Part shown: one piece after another, positions 51,807 through 60,921 of the stretch
How positions within the stretch are numbered: the stretch's first letter is position 1
Layout of the letters: each line of letters opens with the position of its first letter
Origin: Blastocatellia bacterium
GTDB taxonomy: Bacteria; Acidobacteriota; Blastocatellia; Pyrinomonadales; Pyrinomonadaceae
NCBI GenBank assembly: GCA_003168335.1
Contig: PMSM01000002.1
Location: forward strand, 484,899-548,898
DNA: 64,000 nt
Direction: 5' to 3'
The notes under the pieces: generated by a model
Seen by the model: the letters and a program-made list of their open reading frames with translations, nothing else
The model's database searches: none
What the model was told of the DNA's origin: nothing
Made by a program: the position numbers and the translations under genes

Positions 51807-53393
51807 ATGATCTTTCGCGGACCATATCCGGACGTTGCGATCCCTGAAGTCTCAATCACCGACTTCATTCTGCAAACAACGGGCAGATTCAAAGACAAGC
51901 CGGCGCTCATCGATGGGCCGAGTGGTCGCAGTCTGACTTATGGCCAATTCGAAGACGCAGTGCGACGCACGGCTGCCGGCCTGGCTCGGAAAGGATTTCG
52001 CAAGGGCGACGTCTTCGGAATCTTCAGCACGAATTGTCCCGAGTACGGCGTGGCTTTCCACGCCGTGGCCATGCTCGGCGGCATTAGTACGCCGGTGAAT
52101 CCGCTGTACACCGCCGAAGAGGCGGCATTCCAACTGAAGAATTCGGGCGCGAAGTTGCTGGTTACCTCGCCGCAGTTCGTCGCGAAGGCGCGCGAGGCCG
52201 CAGAGCTATCAGGGATCGAAGAGCTGTTCGTCTTTGCTGAAGCTGAAAACGCTACGCCATTCGATTCGTTGCTGGAAAGTGACGGCGATGTGCCGCGGGT
52301 CGAGATCAACGCGCGCGAAGATCTGGTGGCGTTGCCCTATTCCAGCGGCACGACCGGATTGGCAAAGGGAGTGATGCTCACCCATTACAATCTCGTCGCG
52401 AACATGTGCCAGATGGATGGGCTCGACTACTTTCATCAGCACGATACATTGCTGTGCGTTTTGCCGCTGTTTCACATTTATGGTCTGGTCGTCGTGCTGA
52501 ACATGGGGCTGCACCAGGGTGCGACAGTGGTGATGATGCCGCGCTTCGACCTGGAACAATTCCTGACTTTGATTCAAAAATATCGCGTCACTCTGTCACA
52601 CATCGTCCCTCCGATCGTGCTGCAGCTGGCCAGGGACCCCATCGTTAATGACTATGATCTGTCGAGCTTGAGGATGATCTTCTCAGGCGCGGCGCCGCTG
52701 GGTGTGGATCTTTCCCGCGAATGTATGAAACGCGTCGGCTGTAGCATTCGTCAGGGCTATGGCCTGACGGAAACCAGTCCGGTCACGCACAGCAGTCCGC
52801 CGAATCCGGACGACATGAAACTAGGAGCGGTCGGCACGGCCGCGCCGAACACCGAGTGCAAGCTGATCGACCTGGCGACAGGCGAAGAGCTGGGTCCGAA
52901 TCAGGAAGGTGAGCTGTGGGTGCGCGGGCCGCAGGTCATGAAAGGCTATCTCAACAATCCGGAGGCCACCGCGCGGACCATCGATGCCGAGCGCTGGCTG
53001 CACACCGGGGACATCGGTTACGCGGATGAAGACGGGCACTTTTTCATCGTCGATCGCTTGAAGGAGTTGATTAAGTACAAAGGTTTTCAGGTCGCGCCGG
53101 CGGAGCTGGAGGCCGTTCTGCTTTCGCATCCGGCCATCGCTGACGCGGCGGTGATTCCCTGCGCGGATGAAGAGGCCGGTGAAGTGCCGAAGGCTTTCGT
53201 GGTTCTGAAAGGCGAAGCGTCGGCGGAAGAGATCATGGATTTTGTCGCCGAGCGCCTGGCACCGCACAAGAAAATTCGGTTCGTTGAGTTTATTTCACAG
53301 ATTCCCAAGTCTGCTTCCGGCAAAATCCTGCGCCGCGTTCTGGTTGAGAAAGAACGGGCGAAAAGAAAGAATGGGGCAGTAGCCCGACCGTGA
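51807..53393 (+). CDS. 4-coumarate-CoA-ligase-like acyl/aryl-CoA ligase (ANL superfamily)
   Basis: A3 motif YSSGTTGLAKGVMLTH, A5 GYGLTETSP, A8 GDIGY.DEDGHFFIVDRLKELIKYKGFQVAPAELE and A10 PKSASGKILRR. Start set at ATG 51807 (MIFRGPYP...). Confidence 0.85.
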   Translation: MIFRGPYPDVAIPEVSITDFILQTTGRFKDKPALIDGPSGRSLTYGQFEDAVRRTAAGLARKGFRKGDVFGIFSTNCPEYGVAFHAVAMLGGISTPVNPLYTAEEAAFQLKNSGAKLLVTSPQFVAKAREAAELSGIEELFVFAEAENATPFDSLLESDGDVPRVEINAREDLVALPYSSGTTGLAKGVMLTHYNLVANMCQMDGLDYFHQHDTLLCVLPLFHIYGLVVVLNMGLHQGATVVMMPRFDLEQFLTLIQKYRVTLSHIVPPIVLQLARDPIVNDYDLSSLRMIFSGAAPLGVDLSRECMKRVGCSIRQGYGLTETSPVTHSSPPNPDDMKLGAVGTAAPNTECKLIDLATGEELGPNQEGELWVRGPQVMKGYLNNPEATARTIDAERWLHTGDIGYADEDGHFFIVDRLKELIKYKGFQVAPAELEAVLLSHPAIADAAVIPCADEEAGEVPKAFVVLKGEASAEEIMDFVAERLAPHKKIRFVEFISQIPKSASGKILRRVLVEKERAKRKNGAVARP

Positions 53394-53413
53394 GGGAGGG
53401 CTCAAACACACAA

Positions 53414-53806
53414 ATGAACACACCAGTTTCACCTGATACAATCGCGCACGCAGTGCGCACATATTTTTTGGCCATTCGCGCGATGGACGCCGAAGCTTTC
53501 GCCAACGCTTTCGCTGAAGACGGCACGACGTTCGATCCCGTGGGTTCGCCCGCGATTACCGGCCGCGCGGCATTGCGCGAGTTCTTTCAATCGATCTGCG
53601 GGAACTTCAAGAGCGTCGGCCTGACTGAAGATTCGGTTTTCGTCGCCGGCAACGGCGCGGCCGTGAAGTGGACGGGATACGGCACCAGCACCAGCGGAAA
53701 AGAAGTGAACTTCGAAGGCGTCGATGTCATTGAAGTGAACCAGGACGGCAAGATTCAAACGATCCATGCTTACTGGAACCCGGCCGGGATGATCGCGCAG
53801 TTGTAA
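53414..53806 (+). CDS. NTF2/SnoaL-like fold protein
   Basis: ~130 aa with the typical pattern (VRTYF.A....D..AF...FAEDG...DP.G......G..A...FF). It overlaps or abuts the CoA-ligase stop, which suggests coupling. Confidence 0.6.
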   Translation: MNTPVSPDTIAHAVRTYFLAIRAMDAEAFANAFAEDGTTFDPVGSPAITGRAALREFFQSICGNFKSVGLTEDSVFVAGNGAAVKWTGYGTSTSGKEVNFEGVDVIEVNQDGKIQTIHAYWNPAGMIAQL

Positions 53807-53822
53807 GAGGCTCCATTCTGCT

Positions 53823-53950
53823 GGGAGCGCGGACGTCCCGTCCGCACCGCGCCGCAGGCGCGCATGTTTTTTCGCTAACATGTAAGAGGTTAATAACCAT
53901 CATCATTTTTCGCGCTTCGCGCTCAGTGCGGACGAGACCTCCGCGCTCCC
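53823..53950. repeat. C-type composite palindromic element, copy 3
   Basis: GGGAGCGCGGACGTCCCGTCCGCAC + GCGCC-GCA-GGCGC ... GCGC-TTC-GCGC + GTGCGGACGAGACCTCCGCGCTCCC (the inverted arm). Confidence 0.85.
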
Positions 53951-54076
53951 AGCAAGGCGATGCTCGGTCCAACGATGTGGAATGTTCCATTACCGGGATT
54001 AGTTGAGTCTTGACGCGCTTTGCCCGGCACTCTAATCTCAACTTTTCCGCAATCACTCGAAGAAGGTTCTATTTCA

Positions 54077-55516
54077 ATGTCACCAGTCATGACCGCCGCG
54101 CCCGCATGGACCATTCCGGGATTTCTCGAATCCCGGGACAACAATCATCTCTTCATTAGCGGCGCGGACGCGACTGCGCTTTCTTATAAGTACGGCACTC
54201 CGCTGTTCGTTTTTTCCGAGCCACGCATCCGCGCCAACATTGCTCGCCTGCAAGCAGCAGCAAAGCAAGTCGAGCGCCCGATCAAATTTTGCTATGCGTC
54301 AAAGGCAAACTCGAACATGTCCGTGCTGAAGGTTGTCCGCGATACGGGCATCGACATCGAGGTCAACAGCGGCGGCGAACTGTACAAGGCGCTGCGCGTC
54401 GGCTTTCGTCCTGACCAGATTATCTTTAACGGCACCAGCAAAACGGATGCAGAGCTGGATGAAGCAGTGCGCGCGGGCATCTATTCCATCAATGTCGATT
54501 CGATCTATGAAATCGAGTTGGTCGAAGACGCGGTGCGTCGCGCCCGCGCCGAACTGAATGCCGGTCTGCCGCCGGCGCGAATAGCCTTGCGGCTGGTGCC
54601 GGAGATTGGCACACGTTCGCATCTTGGTTTGCAGACGGCGCTGCTGACTTCAAAGTTCGGCATCTCTTCGTCGGAAGTCCTGGATGCATTTCGACGCGGC
54701 TTGCAGAATCCGGACCTGATCCATGTGTGCGGCATACACATTCACGTTGGTTCGCAAACACCCGACGTCGAACCATTTGCCGAGGCGTTTCGGAGCATGT
54801 GGAACCACCTGATGACGATTCATCGCGAGACGGGCCTCACCCTCGAGCACATCAATCTCGGCGGCGGCATTCCGGTGAATTATCTGCGCGATCGTTCGCA
54901 AGCGGATGAACTTCCCGAGCACGAACGCGACATGCTGGGCGCTGATCTCGAGCCGTCGGCGGTGCTGACCGCAGCCTTACGGGTGGCGCGCGAATCGGCG
55001 CGCGATGCGGAAGCCGAACACTTGCTCGAGGGCGTGACGATCCTCCTGGAACCTGGTCGCAGCGTTATCGCCGACGCGGGCGTCGTGCTGACGACGGTGC
55101 GCAATATCAAGCGCCGCCCCGAAACGAACGACGTGTGGCTGTTGACTGACGCGGGTTATAACCTGCTGCTCTCGATGAACAATTACAAGTGGTACTACCA
55201 TCTGATTTCCGCATCCAGGGCTGCTGAACCGACTGACGCAGAATATAAAGTCGCGGGTCCGCTGTGCGATTCGGGTGACGTTTACTTTGATATCGAACGC
55301 CACGGTCGCCTGCCCGACTATCGCCGCTTGCCGCTTGAGGTAAAGCCCGGTGAGGTCCTGGCGCTGTTGAACTCCGGAGCTTATTCGCTGGCGCAAATGT
55401 TTCCCTACAACGGCAGGCCGTTGCCCGCGGCGGTGATGATTCGCGAAGGCGGTAGAGCGGATCTGATTCGCAAGCGAGACTCGTACGAGGATCTGCTTAC
55501 GAATGATGTTTGGTAA
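54077..55516 (+). CDS. Fold-III PLP-dependent decarboxylase (Orn/DAP/Arg decarboxylase family, LysA-like)
   Basis: PLP-lysine context FCYASKANSN, then HIHVGSQ, NLGGGIPV, EPGRS.IADAG and GPLCDSGD. Start set at ATG 54077. Confidence 0.8.
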   Translation: MSPVMTAAPAWTIPGFLESRDNNHLFISGADATALSYKYGTPLFVFSEPRIRANIARLQAAAKQVERPIKFCYASKANSNMSVLKVVRDTGIDIEVNSGGELYKALRVGFRPDQIIFNGTSKTDAELDEAVRAGIYSINVDSIYEIELVEDAVRRARAELNAGLPPARIALRLVPEIGTRSHLGLQTALLTSKFGISSSEVLDAFRRGLQNPDLIHVCGIHIHVGSQTPDVEPFAEAFRSMWNHLMTIHRETGLTLEHINLGGGIPVNYLRDRSQADELPEHERDMLGADLEPSAVLTAALRVARESARDAEAEHLLEGVTILLEPGRSVIADAGVVLTTVRNIKRRPETNDVWLLTDAGYNLLLSMNNYKWYYHLISASRAAEPTDAEYKVAGPLCDSGDVYFDIERHGRLPDYRRLPLEVKPGEVLALLNSGAYSLAQMFPYNGRPLPAAVMIREGGRADLIRKRDSYEDLLTNDVW

Positions 55517-55524
55517 AAATCTAC

Positions 55525-55596
55525 CCACAGCTTACACGGATTACGCAGACGGCGCTGAAATTAGATAGTGCTTAATTCTATCCGTGTAATCTGTGG
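55525..55596. repeat. E-type inverted-repeat element, copy 3
   Basis: CCACAGCTTACACGGATTACGCAGACGG ... CTATCCGTGTAATCTGTGG. It overlaps the GTG start that the ORF track uses for the APC transporter. Confidence 0.8.
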
Positions 55597-57053
55597 ATAG
55601 TTCAACGAACTTGAAACCAGAAACTCGAAACTTGAAACTCTCCAACGGGCAATTAGTCCGCGGTCTCGGTCTGACGGCGGCGATCTCAGTCAACGTCGCC
55701 AACATCATCGGCACGGGCGTCTTTCTTAAGGCGCGTGTGATGACCTGCAACGTCGGCTCGCCGTGGACGGCACTTTCGGTTTGGGTGGTGGCCGGTTTGC
55801 TCTCGCTCGCCGGTGCCCTGACTTACGCGGAATTACTCGCGATGATGCCTGAGGCCGCCGGCGAGTACGGCATCATCCGCAAAGCCTACGGCCCGGCGTC
55901 GGGGTTCATCTATGGCTGGACGCAGTTCGTGATTGCTCGCACAGCTTCAGCGGCGGCGCTCGCGGTTGGCTTTGCGATCTTTCTCAACGATTTGCTGAGG
56001 GGCGCGCTCAAAACGATCTATTTCACCATTCACCTGCCACATGGATTCGAAATCTCATTCGGCCGTTTGCAACTAGTCGCGCTCGGCACGATCGCAATCA
56101 CTACTTTGATCAACTGCGCCGCGGTGAAAGTGAGTGGGCACTTTGCCACCGTGCTGACTTCCTTGAAAGTCCTACTCGTGATAGGCGTCGGCGTCGGGGC
56201 TTTCATTTACACCGGCGGCCACTGGTCGAACCTCTCTCTGTCGAATATCGGCGGCACTTGCGAAAGCGTCGCCGTGACGGGTGGCGGGCTGGCCGGGTTT
56301 GGCGCGGCGATGCTGGGCGCGCTGTGGGCCTATGACGGCTGGAACAACATCACGTTCATGGCCGGCGAAGTGAAGCACCCGGAACGAAATCTCCCGCTCG
56401 GTTTGATCGGCAGCATGCTGATCGTGATGACGCTTTATCTCTTCGTCAATTTTGCTTACTACCACGCGCTCACGCCGACGCAGATTGCGAGCGTGCCGGC
56501 TTCTTCGTCAGTCGCGGCCGAAGTCGTGAAGAAGTTTCTGGGGCCGGCCGCGGTGAGTTTGATGGCCATGGGATTGATGATTTCGTCGTTCGGCGCGCTG
56601 CAGGCTTCGATGTTGGCGACCGCGCGCGTGCCTTACGCTTTGGCGCGCAACCGTTTGTTTTTCCAGAGCCTCGCGCGCCTCTCGCCGCGCACGCATGTGC
56701 CGGTGCGCTCGCTCGTCGTGCAAGGCTTCTGGGCCGGCGTCGTTGCGCTCTCGGGCTCGTTCGATACGCTGACCGACTATGCGATCTTTGCGCTGACGCT
56801 CTTCTACGGATTGGTCGCGGCGTCGGTCTTCATCTTTCGGCGTACCATGCCCGACGCCCCGCGCGCGTATCGCACCTGGGGTTATCCAGTCGTGCCAATC
56901 CTCTATTTGCTGGTCACCGGGGCGTTGGTTATCAACACAATCTGGAACGCGCGAAAGCAATCGGCGATCGGGCTGGGGCTGATTCTGATCGGATTGCCAG
57001 TCTATCTGATCTGGTCGAGCAGAAATCACTCTCGTGCAAACGAAGCATCTTGA
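55593..57053 (+). CDS. APC-superfamily amino acid/polyamine transporter
   Basis: Polytopic protein with VANIIGTGVFLKA and YDGWNNITFMAGEVK.PERNLP. The start is uncertain: GTG 55593 lies inside a repeat arm, and in-frame TTG codons lie at 55611 and 55632. Confidence 0.75.
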   Translation: MDSSTNLKPETRNLKLSNGQLVRGLGLTAAISVNVANIIGTGVFLKARVMTCNVGSPWTALSVWVVAGLLSLAGALTYAELLAMMPEAAGEYGIIRKAYGPASGFIYGWTQFVIARTASAAALAVGFAIFLNDLLRGALKTIYFTIHLPHGFEISFGRLQLVALGTIAITTLINCAAVKVSGHFATVLTSLKVLLVIGVGVGAFIYTGGHWSNLSLSNIGGTCESVAVTGGGLAGFGAAMLGALWAYDGWNNITFMAGEVKHPERNLPLGLIGSMLIVMTLYLFVNFAYYHALTPTQIASVPASSSVAAEVVKKFLGPAAVSLMAMGLMISSFGALQASMLATARVPYALARNRLFFQSLARLSPRTHVPVRSLVVQGFWAGVVALSGSFDTLTDYAIFALTLFYGLVAASVFIFRRTMPDAPRAYRTWGYPVVPILYLLVTGALVINTIWNARKQSAIGLGLILIGLPVYLIWSSRNHSRANEAS

Positions 57054-57089
57054 TCGCAGCTAAAAAACACTGTGCCTGCAGCCAGGACA

Positions 57090-57252
57090 GCGGCTCTGCC
57101 GCTCGATGTGCGGTAAGGCTGCGCCTTACCGGCACAGTCAACTTTGAATCTCTCTCGTTGCTTCGAGGCTGCGCCTCGAAGCAACGGAAACAAAGAGAGG
57201 CGAGCCAAGCCGGAAAGGCATAGCCTTTCCGCACATCAGGCGGCGAAGCCGC
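57090..57252. repeat. A-type composite palindromic element, copy 5
   Basis: Same architecture. The left stem is CGGTAAGGC/GCCTTACCG, and the centre is a single extended hairpin GCTTCGAGGC-TGC-GCCTCGAAGC. Confidence 0.9.
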
Positions 57253-57332
57253 AAAGCAATCTTAACGTCGATCGGAGCGCCACGCGTGTTGCTCGCGTTC
57301 ATTAATCAACGTTGTCGCGGGAGAATAAGCTT

Positions 57333-58310
57333 ATGCAGCCGAGAACGTTTACGCTGACAGTCTTATTACTGTTTTTAGCCGTTGCTTCGACCAATGGTCA
57401 GCAATTGTTGTTCACTCGATTGAGCTCCGAAAGTGGGGCGCATGCAACGACCAGCTTGCAGAACCTCGTCAACGAAGCGGCGCATGCGGCATTAACAAAA
57501 TTTGCCGACAAGAAACTCACTGAGAATCAGCTCTCAATTACCCTGATTGATTTGCGTGATCCAAAGCATCCGGTAATGGCCAGCTTTCGCGGCAACGAAC
57601 GCGTTTATCCGGCCAGCGTGGTGAAGCTTTTCTATTTTGTGGCGGTGCATCGCTGGCTTGAGGAAAAGAAGATCCAGGAGACGGATGAGCTAAAGCGCGC
57701 CGTGCGCGACATGATCGTAGATTCATCGAATGAAGCAACGCAGTATGTTGTCGACGTGCTGACGCAAACAACCGGCGGTTACGAGTTGCCGCCGCCAGAG
57801 ATGGAAACGTGGCAGTACAAACGTAATGTTGTGAATCGCTACTATGCGTCACTCGGCTTCAAGAACATCAACGTCAATCAAAAAACGTTTTGTGAAGACG
57901 CTTATGGCCGCGAAAGAGTTTCACGCGGTACGAATGGCGAGAACCGAAACAAACTGACGACTGAGGCGACCGCACGTTTGCTCTCAGAAATCGTCACGGG
58001 GCGTGCCGTTAATCCAGCGCGCACCGCGCAAATGATGGAATTGCTGAAGCGGGATTTTTCCGGCACGTCGAAAGACGCCGACGATCAGGGGCACGGTTTC
58101 ACCGGGATCGCTTTGCAGGGAATCACCGGCGCTAAGCTCTGGTCGAAAGCAGGCTGGACCAGTACGACGCGCCACGATGCCGCTTATGTCGAATTACCAA
58201 ACGGAGCGAAGTTTGTGCTGGTTACCTTTACCACCGATCACGCGAACGAGCGTGAGATTGTCCCGACTGTGGCGCGAGTTGTGATCGATGGGATTGGTTC
58301 GGTGAAGTGA
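57333..58310 (+). CDS. Secreted class-A beta-lactamase-fold serine hydrolase
   Basis: Signal peptide. S-x-x-K (PASVVKLFY), S-x-N-like (DSSNEAT) and K-T/A-G-like (KAGWTS) motifs occur in the correct order. Confidence 0.65.
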   Translation: MQPRTFTLTVLLLFLAVASTNGQQLLFTRLSSESGAHATTSLQNLVNEAAHAALTKFADKKLTENQLSITLIDLRDPKHPVMASFRGNERVYPASVVKLFYFVAVHRWLEEKKIQETDELKRAVRDMIVDSSNEATQYVVDVLTQTTGGYELPPPEMETWQYKRNVVNRYYASLGFKNINVNQKTFCEDAYGRERVSRGTNGENRNKLTTEATARLLSEIVTGRAVNPARTAQMMELLKRDFSGTSKDADDQGHGFTGIALQGITGAKLWSKAGWTSTTRHDAAYVELPNGAKFVLVTFTTDHANEREIVPTVARVVIDGIGSVK

Positions 58311-58330
58311 TTCAGCGACAACGTATTGCT

Positions 58331-58436
58331 GGGAACGCGGGCGCCTCGCCCGCACCAGCGAGGCGCAGCCTCGCTGAATTAGTAAAAGCAACTCCGGAAA
58401 GGCATAGCCTTTCCGCACATCGAGCGGCAGAGCCGC
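58331..58436. repeat. Hybrid element: C-type arm + B hairpin + A-type arm
   Basis: GGGAACGCGGGCGCCTCGCCCGCAC (C-type with a compensated stem), then CAGCGAGGC-GCA-GCCTCGCTG, then CCGGAAAGGCATAGCCTTTCCGCACATCGAGCGGCAGAGCCGC. It ends 8 nt before the PhyH start. Confidence 0.8.
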
Positions 58437-58443
58437 AGCCTCC

Positions 58444-59319
58444 ATGATCGAGGATCTCTCAAACCGCCACGGGCCCATCGGCGATCTCTTCATGGCTCCC
58501 GGGACCATTGAAGAATGGCAACCGTATCGCCTCACCGAAGACCAGATCGCATTCTTTCACGAGTACGGTTATCTCGCCGGCATTCGGGTGCTCAACGACG
58601 AACAGGTTGAAGCGCTCCGCGCAGAACTAACTCAACTGATCGATCCTGATCATCCCGGCCACGAACTCTTCTACGAGTTTCATGCCAATGAATCAACGGA
58701 CCCATCGACCGCACTCTTTCATGCTTTGGGCGCGTGGCGCATCGCACCCGGCTTTCATGATCTGCTTTGGAATCCGGCATTCATGATGCCTGCATCCCAA
58801 ATACTGGGCGGTGCCGTGCGCTTCTGGCACGATCAGCTTTTCTGCAAACCTGCGCATCATGGCGGTGTCGTGGCCTGGCATCAGGATTATTCCTACTGGA
58901 CGCGCACGCAGCCGATGGCCCATCTGTCGTGCTGGATTGGCCTTGATGATTCCACCCGCGAGAACGGATGCGTGCACTATGTTCCGGGCAGTCACAGGTG
59001 GAACCTGCTGCCGATCACCGGCCTGGCAAATGACATGCACGCAATTGAGAGTGTGCTAGCCGTCGAGCAGAGGGCTCAGTTCAAGCCGGTGCCGATTGAA
59101 TTAAGGAAGGGCGAGTGCTCATTCCATCATCCGTTGATGGTTCACGGCTCGTATGAAAACCTGAGCGATCACCGCCGACGCGGCGCGGTAATTAACGTTT
59201 TTCGCGATGGCGTTTGTTCGGCTTCGAATGATGAGCTGCTGGCAGGCGTGCCGCCAATTCCCGTCGGAGAAAAAATGGATGGCCGATTCTTTCCGCTCCT
59301 GCTCGATCCAACCGCATAG
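58444..59319 (+). CDS. Phytanoyl-CoA dioxygenase (PhyH) family Fe(II)/2-oxoglutarate oxygenase
   Basis: HxD facial triad context [10 protein letters not shown], distal HYVPGSHRW and a C-terminal HGS...R. Confidence 0.75.
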   Translation: MIEDLSNRHGPIGDLFMAPGTIEEWQPYRLTEDQIAFFHEYGYLAGIRVLNDEQVEALRAELTQLIDPDHPGHELFYEFHANESTDPSTALFHALGAWRIAPGFHDLLWNPAFMMPASQILGGAVRFWHDQLFCKPAHHGGVVAWHQDYSYWTRTQPMAHLSCWIGLDDSTRENGCVHYVPGSHRWNLLPITGLANDMHAIESVLAVEQRAQFKPVPIELRKGECSFHHPLMVHGSYENLSDHRRRGAVINVFRDGVCSASNDELLAGVPPIPVGEKMDGRFFPLLLDPTA

Positions 59320-59325
59320 CACGCT

Positions 59326-60087
59326 TCACTTCATAACGATTCCGAAATCCTGGCGCAGAATGTTTGCATATTCTTCCTGACTCGCAACCGGGCGCTCACG
59401 GCGATCACCGCCTTCAGTCGTAATGAAAAGCATCTCGCTGAGTGTGATTCGTCCCCTCGGGGTTAGTCGCGAGCAGAGGCGCGCTTTGGTGAAGTGCGAG
59501 AGGGGTGACGTCTGTTGATACTCGCACATCCCGGCATAGTCGGAATACTGATACGGCTTTAGCGTGAAGCTATACTGGGGCTTCCACTCATCGTTCGGGT
59601 CAACATCGTTACGTTGCATCACCAGCAGGCGTTCTCCATCAACGACGACGCGATAAGCGCGGTTGCCCTGCACCTGGGCATCGCGCTTATCAAGCAACAA
59701 GGGCTCGACAAACGAGTCGCCAAAGCCAACGTCCACCAGCCACCTCCCGGCGATCGGGACCATTAGCGCCATGTGAGCAAAGTCCGGACTAAAGTTGCCC
59801 TCCGCATTGGCAACCTGGGCCGACAGCATCGCAACCTCGAATCCCAAAGCGCGCAGCAGGGCGGCAAACAAACCGTTAAGCTCGTAGCAAAAGCCTCCCC
59901 GACGCCGGCTTACAATCTTCTGGAATAACGCTTCGTCATCGAGCACGATCGGTTCACGCGCGTGGATACTCAAATTCTCGAATGGCACTGTCAGCAGGTG
60001 CGCGACTTGAAGCTGACGCAGGGTTTCCGCGGTTAGCGCGAGAGGTCCGTCATAGTTGAGCCGTTCCAGGTAAGTCTCAACGTTCAT
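59326..60087 (-). CDS. Arylamine N-acetyltransferase
   Basis: The N-terminus YLERLNY...P..L..L...HL...PFENL and the catalytic Cys context RRGGFCYELNGLF are NAT hallmarks. Confidence 0.85.
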   Translation of the reverse strand: MNVETYLERLNYDGPLALTAETLRQLQVAHLLTVPFENLSIHAREPIVLDDEALFQKIVSRRRGGFCYELNGLFAALLRALGFEVAMLSAQVANAEGNFSPDFAHMALMVPIAGRWLVDVGFGDSFVEPLLLDKRDAQVQGNRAYRVVVDGERLLVMQRNDVDPNDEWKPQYSFTLKPYQYSDYAGMCEYQQTSPLSHFTKARLCSRLTPRGRITLSEMLFITTEGGDRRERPVASQEEYANILRQDFGIVMK

Positions 60088-60197
60088 TTACTTTCTCTTC
60101 GAAGGTCAATTGGTACTGCCGCGCATTATACCTCGCGCCCTTTGGAACAATTTCCAGCAGGACGAAGTCTAACTCGATATCGAGGAGGACAGCCACC

Positions 60198-60710
60198 ATG
60201 ACCACTGCAAAACCCACTGCGCATCACCCGGAAGCATCCGCCGTCCAAGCCAGGCCGCACATCAACGTCACGCCGCTGATTGATGTGCTGCTCGTAATGT
60301 TGATTATCTTCATGGTTGTGTCGCCTTTGAAGCCGGCACGATTTCTGACGAAGGTGCCATCAAAGCCCGACCGCAACGATCGAGTCGAAGCACCGCCGCT
60401 TGGTCTGGTCGTCACTATCAAGTCCGACCGGAGTCTGATGCTGAACAGAACGAGCGATGTTGGTTCGGTCTATGACACCAGCAAGCTGAGCAACATGCTC
60501 GTCGACGTATTCCAGCAGCGCTTAAAGAACCGCGCGTACAGCGACCAGTTGCGCGATCGAATCGATCTTCCTGAGGAAATGCGCATCGAGAGGACCGTTT
60601 TCATCAAGGCCCCGCGGTCTATTCCTTACGCTGATGTGGTGCGCGTGCTCGACGGCATCAAAGGCGCGGGCGCTGGTCCGGTGGGGTTGCAAATCGACGA
60701 TCTGAATTAG
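60198..60710 (+). CDS. exbD: ExbD/TolR-family biopolymer transport protein (no adjacent exbB/tonB)
   Basis: INVTPLIDVLLVMLIIFMV TM signature followed by a periplasmic domain. GAGGAGGA precedes the ATG. Confidence 0.8.
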   Translation: MTTAKPTAHHPEASAVQARPHINVTPLIDVLLVMLIIFMVVSPLKPARFLTKVPSKPDRNDRVEAPPLGLVVTIKSDRSLMLNRTSDVGSVYDTSKLSNMLVDVFQQRLKNRAYSDQLRDRIDLPEEMRIERTVFIKAPRSIPYADVVRVLDGIKGAGAGPVGLQIDDLN

Positions 60711-60738
60711 ACCCTTCAGAACCCGGGCCCTGGTTAGA

Positions 60739-60836
60739 CTCCCTCTCCCTCTGGGAGAGGGTTGGGGAGAGGGCTTGAGATCGAGACCACCTAGCTACGC
60801 CCCTCTTCCCTAACCCTTCTCCCAGCGGGAGAAGGG
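60739..60836. repeat. GGGAGAGGG-type hairpin pair
   Basis: CCCTCTCCC-TCT-GGGAGAGGG (60741-60761) + TTGGGGAGAGGG, mirrored by CCCCTCTTCCC-TAA + CCCTTCTCCC-AGC-GGGAGAAGGG (60814-60836). Confidence 0.85.
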
Positions 60837-60921
60837 AACAGTAACGCGGACTCAAAATTTCCTCGCCAACAACGCTCATCTCTGCTATTCTGCGTTTCAT
60901 CGATAATACAGGATTGCAAGC

